A stretch of DNA of 64,000 nucleotides, taken from the NCBI GenBank assembly GCA_963701455.1, contig CAVPAE010000001.1, positions 84,841 to 148,840 on the forward strand, written 5' to 3'. The notes beneath the pieces are model-generated. The model worked only from the letters and a program-made list of their open reading frames with translations. It had not been told where the DNA came from and did not search any database. Positions 20,690-30,228 of this stretch are shown in pieces; positions within the stretch are counted from its first letter, which is position 1; each line of letters starts with the position of its first letter. The stretch comes from an uncultured Gammaproteobacteria bacterium. GTDB taxonomy: Bacteria; Pseudomonadota; Gammaproteobacteria; UBA9214. The position numbers were made by a program, and so were the translations under genes.

Positions 20690-20739
20690 AAACTTTGAGT
20701 CAGCTACCGGGGAGAAGTTCCTCCCCGGTGGCGTCTTTC

Positions 20740-23700
20740 TTACCAGCCGCAGTTCGAGCCGGCATAGGTGTTGGACATGTACTCCCAGGCCACTTCGGAA
20801 GCGCGTCCCTGTACCAGGTGGTTGTTCCACTTGGTGGTACAGCCCCTGCGCGACAGCGAGCTGCTACGGTCACCGTGACACGAGGTACAGACCGTGTTGG
20901 TCGGATCTTCACCGGCATTGATATCACCACCGACATGACCCAGCACTGCGATCTCCGCCTTGTCCATCATCTCGCGAGAACTGCGACCCTTGTAGGAATG
21001 CTCCGTCCAGGTCCTGTTGGTCGAGGAAATCTCACTGCTGTTATCCTGGTGACAGTTCAGACAGTAATCATCCAGTCCATCGGCCTCGGCCGTGAAGGTG
21101 TGCATCCAGGACACCGCCGCATCGTAGTTTTCCTTGATCGGCTGTCCGTTGTACGTCAGGCCATCCTCGATATGACTCGGAACACCGGCACCATTCACCT
21201 GGTGACAGGTACCGCACTTCAGCGGACCATGCGAACCGTCATGGTTCAGCGCCGCTGCCTGCTTGTACGACGTCGTGTCGATGTCCGGCGTCACCGGATA
21301 CAGACCGTGGATCGACTCGTGACAACCCTGACAGCTGATGTCCTGGTGACCACGTGAGTAACGCATCAGCGAGGCCTTGCGCGGGTAGTTGAACGGCGGG
21401 TAGGCATTGATGTTGCCGCTCTGCTCCACGAACGGTGCCGCGTGGCAGTCCGCACAGTGTGGCTCACCCGCTGACAGCCAGTGATCACGACCGTCGGTCG
21501 CTGCCGAGAACGGTACCGGTACCGCCACCGAACCCGCAGGCAGGGTCGCCTGTGCCGCCGTCACACAATCCGGCGTGGTGCAGAAGTCCATCGCATTCAC
21601 ACTGAAGTCACCGTCAACATCAACGCTGCCGCAGATATGGAACGCCGGGGCACCCGGATACTGCAGCACCGCAGTCGATCAGGCCGGTACCACCACCGGT
21701 CGAGCAGGCTGCCGCACTGGTTGACATTGACCTCAACCGTGGCCACGTTGCCGTCATGCGCCGGATCAACCGGGATGACGCCGAAGTAACCGGCCACGTA
21801 GTTACACAGACCCGGATCAGACTTCCAGATGGTGTGGGTGTCATCCACCGCATTGGTGTCCTTCGGATCCAGCCAGGAAATGGCCTGTGCCGTCGGTAGT
21901 ACCCGACCGCTGCAGCCACATCGCGCCAGCGTAGCACCGGCACGGCTCACGCACGTTGGCCATGCATCACCCGGCTGTGCATCACCAGGTCTTCCACGTT
22001 TTCAGCCTTCCACATCTCCTGACCCAGCTGCTGGTGACAGTTGGTGCACCACAGACCGCCGTTGACACTGTTGCCGTCGTTGAACACGTTGTCCGACAGC
22101 CACTGGCCGACCGGATTCAGGTGCTCAGGTGTCTCGGCACCGTCGGTATCCTTGCCCGGGTTGGAGTGCACGTCACGGCCGACGAAACAGCCGCCGTTGG
22201 CATCGCGGTTATCCGTAGTGGCGTAGAAGTTCTCGCCAGTCAGCGTGATCGGGTAGCCGCTCATGTCGCCGCTGGAACGGTGCGCCGGGTGACAACCCTG
22301 ACAACCACCATTACGGCCCTCACCGTCGCCAAAGACGATGTCACCACCCTCACTGACGCCCCGGTGATTATTATGGATCGCCTCGGTCACCGGCTTGATA
22401 ACCTGACTTCGCCATTGTGCGTGCGCTGATTTAACCACCGCAATGACGTTATCCGCATGACACTTCTGGCAGATCACACTCTCGTGACCCAGACGCGTGT
22501 TCTGCGGGGCTACCCCACCCACATCCGCGCCCGGATAGTTCGCCGTGAAGCTCGTGCCGTGCTCGACGTCATGGCCGTGCAGCATACTGATGGCCGCACT
22601 CTTCAGACGTGAGTACCAGTCCGAGTCACCGGCACCCGTATCGATGCCGTAGTAACCGCTCCAGAAGTTGTACTCCTGCTGCACCAGTGCCCACTGGGCC
22701 GGATCATCGTTCGGCGTGTTCGGCGTCATCGGTGCATTCGAGTGACAACGCTCGCAGTTCGGGATGTCGATCGGTGCCGTACCGAAACCGATCACCGGAT
22801 TACCCGCGCCGTCCAGCACTGCCGTGCTCGTTGGCACCGCCGTCGTAGTGATACATCTGTGCCTTCATGGCCACGTACGGACGTACCGAGTCCTCATCCA
22901 CCAGTCCGGGATCACCGAAGAAGTCGATGCTGTCCTCAAACGGTGTCAGCGGCAGACCCAGGGCCTCCCAGATGTTCGGCGAGGTCAGCATGATCGGCAG
23001 GTTCTCCAGTACCTTCATCTGCGTGAACACCACCGTGCCGTGTTCACCGGAGAAGGTCAGGACGTTGCCGTTGGAGAAACCGCCGCAGTCGTTGGGGGCA
23101 CCGCCCGCGGTAACCGGACCCATCGGGTGCAGTGCCGGACCACAGTCTGCCGGGTAGGCAACCATACCGTCGACACCGAGGCGGATCTTGTCGGCATCCG
23201 CCGAGGTACCCGTGCTGTTGCTGCCTTCCAGATTCTCGTAGAAGTACAGGTGGTTCCACACCGCATTCTGGTAGTTGTCGGTGGGATCAGTCAGATCGCC
23301 GTCACCCAGTACCACGCCGTCGGCACCGTTGTAGGAACCGGTCACGAAGGTACCGTCCGGATTCAGCGCCGCCGAGTCGAACGTGGTGTTCCAGGCCATC
23401 AGCGAGTTGCCCTCGACCGCACTGATCAGCGTGCTGGTCTGGCGCTTGCCGTTGCCGTCGTTACGCGGCTGCGCATCGTGCCAGTACTTCAGCACGTATT
23501 TCTTGAAGTTGCCGCTACCGTCCAGCTCCAGATCGCGCAGTACCGTCTGGCGTCCCAGCGCATCCTTGCCTTCGTTCGGATCGCCTTCCATCAGGCGGGC
23601 ATAATCACCGTTGTCGATCCGGGTCAATGGTGTTGGGCTTGACCACCTGCGCCAGGATGGAGTTGTACACCGGCAGCACGCAGCAGTAGGCAAACTCGAA

Positions 23701-24315
23701 ACCGGTGCAGTGCATGCCCAGCTCGTAGTTCATCATGATCTTGAAATCGGTCTGCGGATTGTCCAGACCAATATCAGGTGGAGGCAGTGGCGGCAGTGTT
23801 GTCGTGGTGGTTGCCGTCCCTGTTGTCGTGGTCGTCGTCGCCGTGGCCGTTGTCGTGGTCGTCGCCGTGGCCGTGGTCGTGGTCGTTACCGGAGCCGTGG
23901 TCGTGGTCGTCGCCGGTGCCGTTGTCGTGGTCGTTGTCGTGGTCGTGGTCGTTGTGGTTCCTCCAGTGACGTTCACCGTGACGCTGGCAGAACAGGTGTG
24001 ACCTTTGTCATTCTGACCATTCAGGGTGGCCTGGAAGTTACCGGCAGCAGCATAGCTGACAGTCACATTCTGTGAACTGGAGCTTGAAGGAGAACCACCG
24101 GCAAATGCCCATGAATAAGCTGTATGGACTTTTGCCCGTGACAGTGCCGTGAAACTGACTGAGCCACCGACAGCAATCTTCGCCGGGCTGGGTACGGTGG
24201 TAATCGAACAGTTGGCAGACTGGGCGGCCTGGGCGTTGGATACACCCAGCAACACCAGCGTACAGAGCATCAGCCCGGTTACTGCAGTTGAAAGAAATCG
24301 TTGCGCTAGAGACAT
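20740..24315 (-). pseudogene. Giant multiheme cytochrome paralog 2, split into at least 5 frames
   Basis: Fragments 23605..24423, 22800..23693, 21947..22837, 21597..21950 and 20740..21669 together rebuild the same architecture as paralog 1. They include the signal peptide, a long poly-Thr linker, the NYELGMHCTGFEFAYCCVLPVYNSILAQVVK motif and all the heme motifs (CERCH, CQKCH, CQGCH, CTNCH, CADCH, CQGCH, CGTCH, CLNCH, CTSCH). Confidence 0.8.
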
Positions 24316-24425
24316 GGCACTTTCCCCTATTGTTATGCGACTGTCCAGGTCGTAAAACATTCTGGTTGTAAACATTCCGGGCCGACATCGGCTCCCTTCC
24401 GGAATAGCGAGACGCCTAAACAATA

Positions 24426-24441
24426 AGCAGATTCCATGCCA
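24426..24441 (-). promoter_or_regulatory. Candidate sigma54 promoter for cytochrome 2 (minus-strand TGGCAT-N5-CTGCT)
   Basis: GG at -24 and GC at -12 have the correct spacing, about 100 nt upstream of the MSLAQRF start. An AT-rich stretch, which may be an IHF site, and the TGTCAG array lie upstream. Confidence 0.45.
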
Positions 24442-24520
24442 ACCTACCTCATTAAGGGTAAGTAGAAGTACTTATTACATAATTTTTATGACGACACCAG
24501 AGAAGTATGCGGATGAAGGC

Positions 24521-24580
24521 TGACAGTTATGTCAGGTATCTGTCAGAACTGTCAGCCATTGTCAGGACAGCACTGTCAGG
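24521..24580. promoter_or_regulatory. Array of six TGACAG/TGTCAG hexamers at about 10-bp spacing (candidate enhancer for the sigma54 activator)
   Basis: The hexamers start at about 24521, 24530, 24541, 24550, 24560 and 24574. The array includes the palindromes CTGACAGTTATGTCAG and GACAGCACTGTC. Confidence 0.5.
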
Positions 24581-24600
24581 AACAAGCAGGAAACCCGGAA

Positions 24601-25549
24601 TCAGGCTGGTGTCATAACAGGTGTCACTGCTTCATCAAAATCATCTATCTTGCTTGCTGCTACAAACAAATCAAAGCTCTGACTCCTGATTAGCGGGATT
24701 TTCGAGCAAACTTCGTCAAAAGCCACGAGCCCACGCGCCACCGATTCCGCCGCGGGAATCCATTTCATGACGGGCAGCAGATCACTCATTCCACACAGGG
24801 GCTGGGAAAGAAAAGAAAAATACTTTGTCGCATTGATCCGGAACCCCGCAGCTTCAATGGTCTTCAACCAGGGTTTGGATCTGAATGCCTTATGATCATT
24901 ACCAAAGCGCGCCATTCGCCTGTTTACAATGCTCCGCGGCAAGCGCAGCAATATCGAGTCATCATTGGGTTCGGAAAGCAACAAGGTTCCGCCGGTTTTC
25001 AATACCCGATGGGCTTCTGCAAGGGCTGCCCGCTCATTGGCCATATGATGCAAGGAGCCGCGAAAACATACGACATCGAAAATACCGGAGGGAAACGGCA
25101 TTTTCTCACCCGGACAGGCTATCCACTCCATCTTTTCGTTGTCACCCAGCCTGGCCTTTCCCTGGATCAGCATTGCCTTCGAAATGTCCATACCGAAGAC
25201 GCGCTGTCCTCTGCAGGCACAGGTCCCGGGAGAGGTCGCCATCACCACAGCCGCAGTCGAGAATATAGCCGGGATCAGGAGGCAAGTGCTCCAGGAATTG
25301 CCGGTTCCAGTAGCGAGAGTAGACTTCCGAGAAGTCTGTGCTATATCGCTTGTCATACTCACCGGAAAGTTCCTTGTGAAGATCGATCTCGGCCTGGTGC
25401 TGCTCTTCCAGGTCACCACCTGCCGTGAAGTCGACTATTCCCCGGTCTATTGAAAACTCTCTGGAACAGGAACTGCACTTGCGCGCTTCCCAATCCAGTT
25501 CGCTCTTGCATTCCGGACATCTGAGTACTGTATTAGATTTCTGATCCAT
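24601..25549 (-). pseudogene. Class I SAM-dependent methyltransferase with an N-terminal zinc ribbon, frameshifted
   Basis: The N-terminal fragment (ORF 25142..25549) carries the zinc ribbon (CPECKSEL..CSSCS) and motif I (ILDCGCGDGD). The rest of the methyltransferase fold (VVCFRGSLHHMANERAALAEAHRVLKTGGTLLLSEP) is in the frame of ORF 24601..25419. Confidence 0.6.
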
Positions 25550-25558
25550 TGAAGACCA

Positions 25559-26449
25559 CTATTGATTCCGGCGTGAGATACCAGTTCCCAGTCTCCAGAG
25601 TGCCAACAGCAAAACCGGAAAGAGAATATTAATAATAAACTCCAGCACCAGTACCGGCGGAATCGCCTCGGGAGCTACACCCCACGCCCCTAGCAATGTC
25701 AGCAGAGAGCCTTCCCGAACACCAATCCCCGCAATACTGACCGGAAGGCTCGCCAGTGCACCAACACTAACCGTTATCGCGACAATATCGAGCCAGTTCA
25801 GGTCAATGTCCACCGCCCGGAATATCAGCACATTGCTGGACACGAACATAAAAAAGCCGGCGCCCGTTAATATCCACCCTGCCAGCAACGCATTCCGCCC
25901 CAGCCTGCGTCCAAACCAGTACGATATCAGGAAGTACGCCAGCAACAAAACGATTCCGGACAGTAGCAGCAGGTTTGCCGATACCCCGTACTTCGTACTA
26001 ACCACGCCGGCTGTCAGAACAATCGCGACCGGAAGGTACAACAGGTCTGATAACTTATCGAATACCGTAACCCAGACTCTCTTGCCGGTATCCATCCCGG
26101 TATTGCGGAGCAGATATATGCGCGAGAACTCTCCCAGGCGTGATGGAGTAATCGACCCTATTGCGACACTCAGAAGATACAGGTCGATCCACGCACGGAA
26201 GGGCAAGCGTTGCGTCGCAAGCCGTTCAACCCACAGGCGCAACCGCAGCATGCGAAAACAGTAAACCAGACTAACGGCCAGGGCACTGCCGAGGAACAAC
26301 GGTATCGATACGTTCTGCAATCGATCCATAGACCCCGCCCAGTCTATATCCCGAAGCAGGTAATAAACCCACAGCAGACCGCCCAGGGAGATTGCGGCTT
26401 TCGCGATGTACCCGGCCCTGGCAGTGGACGCTTTTTTATCGATACGCAC
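25559..26449 (-). CDS. Flippase-like integral membrane protein (lysylphosphatidylglycerol-synthase TM-region family, UPF0104-like)
   Basis: It is a 296-aa polytopic protein. Its topology and size match the flippase-like family that often partners GT2 polyprenyl-phosphate glycosyltransferases. Confidence 0.5.
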   Translation of the reverse strand: MRIDKKASTARAGYIAKAAISLGGLLWVYYLLRDIDWAGSMDRLQNVSIPLFLGSALAVSLVYCFRMLRLRLWVERLATQRLPFRAWIDLYLLSVAIGSITPSRLGEFSRIYLLRNTGMDTGKRVWVTVFDKLSDLLYLPVAIVLTAGVVSTKYGVSANLLLLSGIVLLLAYFLISYWFGRRLGRNALLAGWILTGAGFFMFVSSNVLIFRAVDIDLNWLDIVAITVSVGALASLPVSIAGIGVREGSLLTLLGAWGVAPEAIPPVLVLEFIINILFPVLLLALWRLGTGISRRNQ

Positions 26450-26506
26450 GTTGAATACTATTCTGGCCGAATAAAGATATAACGCAGCAGCAATCGACAG
26501 TTCCCA

Positions 26507-27553
26507 TTATGTCGGTATTCTCACACGAACCAGCGGGCCAACCGAGCGGTGAACCCATCGTGGCAAGTGACGCCACAGCGCTATTGCGGGAGCCAGAGAC
26601 GGATTCTCCGGCAAAATCTGCGGCACCCTATGACCCGGCTTCAGAAGATAATAATAATTCAGGGGCGTCTCGACCGCGCCCCACTTGCGCTTGAAAAAAC
26701 GCTTCCCCGAATCCGCCCGGGTGCGCCCGAAATCGAAATTCGTCACCTTCCCTGCTGTTATGGTTTTTTCAAAATACGCCCATAGCAGTTTATCCATCAC
26801 CGGTATATGCCGGTAATTCGCGTCATTTATCGCAGCATGCAATATTGCCTTGTCCTCATGGTATAACACCATCAATGCACCAATCGGGGTTCCCTGAACA
26901 CTTCCTGTTATGATTTCTGCCTGCTGGCCAAATTTCTCGACAAGCGTCGGGTACCAGGACCGCTTGTGAATGGGTGTGCCGTGATAAGCTGCATGCTGCT
27001 CGTTAAGCTCCTGGAATACGTCAAGCTGACTGCCTTCACAGAAGGACACCTGCACGCCGAACTTATCCGCCTTTCTGACACTTGTCCGGGCATTTCCCGT
27101 TATCGTGTCCTTCCACATCTGCTCTACTGTATCGGGAAGAGTCAGCTCATAGCGAACGAAATCTCCTCCGGATTCGAACCCTTGCAGCGGACTCTCAAGT
27201 TCCCTGATTTCCAGGGCAAACGCCTTTGTTGCACTGAAGTATTCGTGCAGAGGCAACTGCAATTGTTCTTCAGAAAACGAAGCCGGGTCTTTGTTGTATA
27301 TAAAGCCCCCGTAATTCCCGAATGGCACTGAAATCAACATGGGCCGCAACTTGCCTATTGGCTTGATCTCGACCAGGGGCAGCAGCCAGACAAGCTCCCC
27401 GGAGTCGTCGACGCAGGCCAGTCGATGCAACCGTAACCGGGGATACACCTGTGCAATCAGTTCGAGCCAGCGCGGATCCTGATAAATTGAACCGTAGCTG
27501 GTTTCCCCGCAAAGCTTGCGCCACTCGTCTGCCGGGCAACAACGGATTTTCAC
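26507..27553 (-). CDS. FemAB-family / BioF2-like GNAT-fold acyl- or aminoacyltransferase
   Basis: It is 348 aa. The size and the pattern of conserved aromatic and charged residues match the FemAB/CelD-like fold. The assignment is by resemblance only. Confidence 0.45.
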   Translation of the reverse strand: MKIRCCPADEWRKLCGETSYGSIYQDPRWLELIAQVYPRLRLHRLACVDDSGELVWLLPLVEIKPIGKLRPMLISVPFGNYGGFIYNKDPASFSEEQLQLPLHEYFSATKAFALEIRELESPLQGFESGGDFVRYELTLPDTVEQMWKDTITGNARTSVRKADKFGVQVSFCEGSQLDVFQELNEQHAAYHGTPIHKRSWYPTLVEKFGQQAEIITGSVQGTPIGALMVLYHEDKAILHAAINDANYRHIPVMDKLLWAYFEKTITAGKVTNFDFGRTRADSGKRFFKRKWGAVETPLNYYYLLKPGHRVPQILPENPSLAPAIALWRHLPRWVHRSVGPLVRVRIPT

Positions 27554-28374
27554 GCAGCACGTGCCTCAGCACGAAACTCAATGAATAGTACGAGAAAAAA
27601 CAGCAGCACAATAAACCCTGCACCCGTGATGATCATGCGACGTTTATTATTTGATGGATCACTTGCGACAGCAACACTCTCTTCCAGTATAACCAAGCCA
27701 TGTTGCCCACTGATTGAATACTCGATAATTGCGTAAACACTGTGTCTGCTTCCGGGCAAGGCCCCGTTGTTCTTTAAGGAATAGCCAATCTGCTGTTCTT
27801 CTCCGCCAGGGATACTCAGTTTGTCACTCCTCCCCGCCACGACAAGCTCGGCAGGTGAAACCATTGTTAACCGGGCCTCAAGGGGGGAATCCATGGTGTT
27901 CCTGATGCGCAGATCCAGGCTCCCGTCACCAGCCACCTGCTCTGCAACCATCTCTCCCGCAACCGGAACTTCCAGCGGAAGACTTTTCCCGATCTGAACG
28001 CCCGTCACGCTAACCAGTGAGTACGGGTACATGTAGGCGTCGTGAAAGCGTAATTGTACGATCAGTGGATACACGCCGGCTTCGGGAAAGGCCAGTTCAC
28101 CAACAGGAAAGCTGTGGACCCATATCCGCCCTCCATCAAATGCAACATGAGGTACGGTTTCAAGGCCTGTTTTCACTCCGGCCAGTGTGAGATAGGGAGT
28201 AACCACGAGAGCATCCTCGTTGCCCCTGTTGTCAATCTCCAGTCGAACATCCACCGATTTTTCTGTTACGGTAACCGAGGTTTTTACGACCATTACAATT
28301 TCTGACGCAAGGGCAGGAGCCGGGGAAAACACCATGCACACAATCAATGAAAGGAATCTCCATCGGCAGATCAT
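27550..28374 (-). CDS. Hypothetical single-pass membrane protein (signal peptide, beta-rich periplasmic domain, C-terminal TM anchor)
   Basis: It has an N-terminal signal peptide (LSLIVCMVFSPAPALA) and a C-terminal TM segment (IITGAGFIVLLFFLVLFI). Confidence 0.4.
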   Translation of the reverse strand: MICRWRFLSLIVCMVFSPAPALASEIVMVVKTSVTVTEKSVDVRLEIDNRGNEDALVVTPYLTLAGVKTGLETVPHVAFDGGRIWVHSFPVGELAFPEAGVYPLIVQLRFHDAYMYPYSLVSVTGVQIGKSLPLEVPVAGEMVAEQVAGDGSLDLRIRNTMDSPLEARLTMVSPAELVVAGRSDKLSIPGGEEQQIGYSLKNNGALPGSRHSVYAIIEYSISGQHGLVILEESVAVASDPSNNKRRMIITGAGFIVLLFFLVLFIEFRAEARAA

Positions 28375-29336
28375 TGCGACCCTTCGTCAAGTGTACTTTC
28401 CATTATGCTAAAAGGCTTTTTGCTACCGCTGCCGTTACCATAGTAAATTCGAATCAGGTACTCACAAACAATTCCTGTAGTAAACATCTGGCCGGCAAAC
28501 AAACACAGCAGCACCCCCAGAAAGAACATCGGTTGGTAGTTCGCTATCGCCAGCAAGCCCAGCAATTTACCAATACCCAGCCACCCGAGTATCAGAAATC
28601 CGGGCACTCCCGTTAATACAGAGATATAACCGAATATGTGGATCGGGCGGTTAAAGAACCCGGAAAAAAACAACAGCAGGACAAGATCCGACAGGACCCT
28701 GAATGTCCGCCCGAAGCCGTAGTTTGAGGTACCGTGAATTCGTGGTTGCAGTTTTATTGGCAGTTCCGTGATATGACTTGTCTGCATTGCCATAAAAACA
28801 GGGATAAAGCGGTGCATTTCCCCGTAAATCGGTATCTCTCTGGCCAGTTCGGTCCGGTACGCCCGATAGGTAGAACCGAAATCCTGGATATCAAGCCCCG
28901 AAAACCGTCGCGCTATCGCATTGGCCACTTTTGAAGGGAAACGGCGTATAAAGGCATCATTGCGCTGGAAGCGGTAACTGCAAACAAGATCGTATCCCTC
29001 CTTCATCTTGTCTATAAATTCCGGTATCTGCTCAGGGGCATGCTGCAAATCCCCGTCCATGGTAATACACATTTCCCCGCTTGCCTGTTCTATACCCGCC
29101 TTGATGGCAGCAGTCTGCCCGCAGTTTTTTCTAAAGCGGATTCCCTGAAACCGCGGGTCTTTCCTGTGCTCATCCCTGATCCTGTTGAAGGTTTGATCCG
29201 TACTGCCATCATCCACGAATATGACTTCGAAGGTCTCCTCACCGGATTCCAGAACCTTGCGCAGCCGCTCCGCGAATATAGTCACATTTTCCTCTTCGTT
29301 GAAGAGCGGGACTATGATTGATATATCTTGTTTCAT
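28371..29336 (-). CDS. GT2-family polyprenyl-phosphate glycosyltransferase (DPM1/GtrB/ArnC-like)
   Basis: It has IVPLFNEEEN...VIFVDDGSTDQT and DxD motifs, plus two C-terminal TM helices, which is typical of the GtrB/ArnC/CsbB type. Confidence 0.8.
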   Translation of the reverse strand: MKQDISIIVPLFNEEENVTIFAERLRKVLESGEETFEVIFVDDGSTDQTFNRIRDEHRKDPRFQGIRFRKNCGQTAAIKAGIEQASGEMCITMDGDLQHAPEQIPEFIDKMKEGYDLVCSYRFQRNDAFIRRFPSKVANAIARRFSGLDIQDFGSTYRAYRTELAREIPIYGEMHRFIPVFMAMQTSHITELPIKLQPRIHGTSNYGFGRTFRVLSDLVLLLFFSGFFNRPIHIFGYISVLTGVPGFLILGWLGIGKLLGLLAIANYQPMFFLGVLLCLFAGQMFTTGIVCEYLIRIYYGNGSGSKKPFSIMESTLDEGSQ

Positions 29337-30226
29337 AGTATTAAGTAAGAACCAAATTGGTTGTTATGATTGCCGACAATTTCAGCAACTTCGTCACTTA
29401 AGAGAAACTCCATTTCCTCCTGGCGCGCTTTCCCGAGAAAAAATCCGCCATATTCATGGTTGAATCTCGCATCATTTTCATCGAACGGGTACCCAAGATG
29501 AAACATCCATTCTATGGTCCTGGTGCTGTCCAGTGTAACAAATGCCTTCAACAATTCGATCGCATCCGGATAGCGGGTATTGCCGCTAAGCAAAACTCCA
29601 AATGTAGTGTCGGGATGGCGCAATCCTCCCCAGATGCCTGCCACCTGCCTTGACCGCCACTCCAGCAACTCAAGCTTGGCCCGTTGCAACTGACTTCCTT
29701 TAACTGCAACCCCCTTTCTTTGCAGGTCCTTCAGCAAAGCCTTTTCGTTTATTAGCCGCACTCTTCCTATATTGAATTCCGCGGCCAATTTGCCCACTGC
29801 CCGGGCCGACTCCGGAATCAGTATATGGGTATGCTTTTCTCCATCCAGGTGCGTAGGCACAAAATTGCGCTCCAGCATGAATTCAATCTGTCGCCTGTAT
29901 TCCGTTTCCACTTCAGAGGCGGATAATTTCCCCCGCACTGACCTGGTCATTAAACGGGCCACTGAATTCAGGAACCGCCCGTCATCGCCCACCAGGGATG
30001 GCACGTCTTCCGGACTGGAAAGCGGCCGCCCCCTGACAATATTCAGATGCAGCCCTACACCCAGTCCTGCACAGTCTCGCGCCTGCTCCAGAGCGTCTTC
30101 CGCTGCCAATCCGTTGGTCATGAGACTGGCGCTACCCAGGACCCCCCTTTGCGCAACCTCGACGATGGCGCGGTTGACCTCCTTGTTGAGCCCAAAATCG
30201 TCCGAATGCAGTATTAATGCTGCCAC
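29333..30226 (-). CDS. YdjC/ChbG/HpnK-family carbohydrate deacetylase
   Basis: The N-terminus (MAALILHSDDFGLNKEVNRAI) has the conserved D-D-F-G signature of the YdjC family. It overlaps the GT2 gene. Confidence 0.7.
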   Translation of the reverse strand: MAALILHSDDFGLNKEVNRAIVEVAQRGVLGSASLMTNGLAAEDALEQARDCAGLGVGLHLNIVRGRPLSSPEDVPSLVGDDGRFLNSVARLMTRSVRGKLSASEVETEYRRQIEFMLERNFVPTHLDGEKHTHILIPESARAVGKLAAEFNIGRVRLINEKALLKDLQRKGVAVKGSQLQRAKLELLEWRSRQVAGIWGGLRHPDTTFGVLLSGNTRYPDAIELLKAFVTLDSTRTIEWMFHLGYPFDENDARFNHEYGGFFLGKARQEEMEFLLSDEVAEIVGNHNNQFGSYLIL

Positions 30227-30228
30227 AT

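Noticed and set aside
23735-24001. Plus-strand ORFs with poly-Val/Ala (VVVVVAV...)
   Set aside because: They are the reverse-strand translation of the poly-Thr minisatellite of cytochrome 2.
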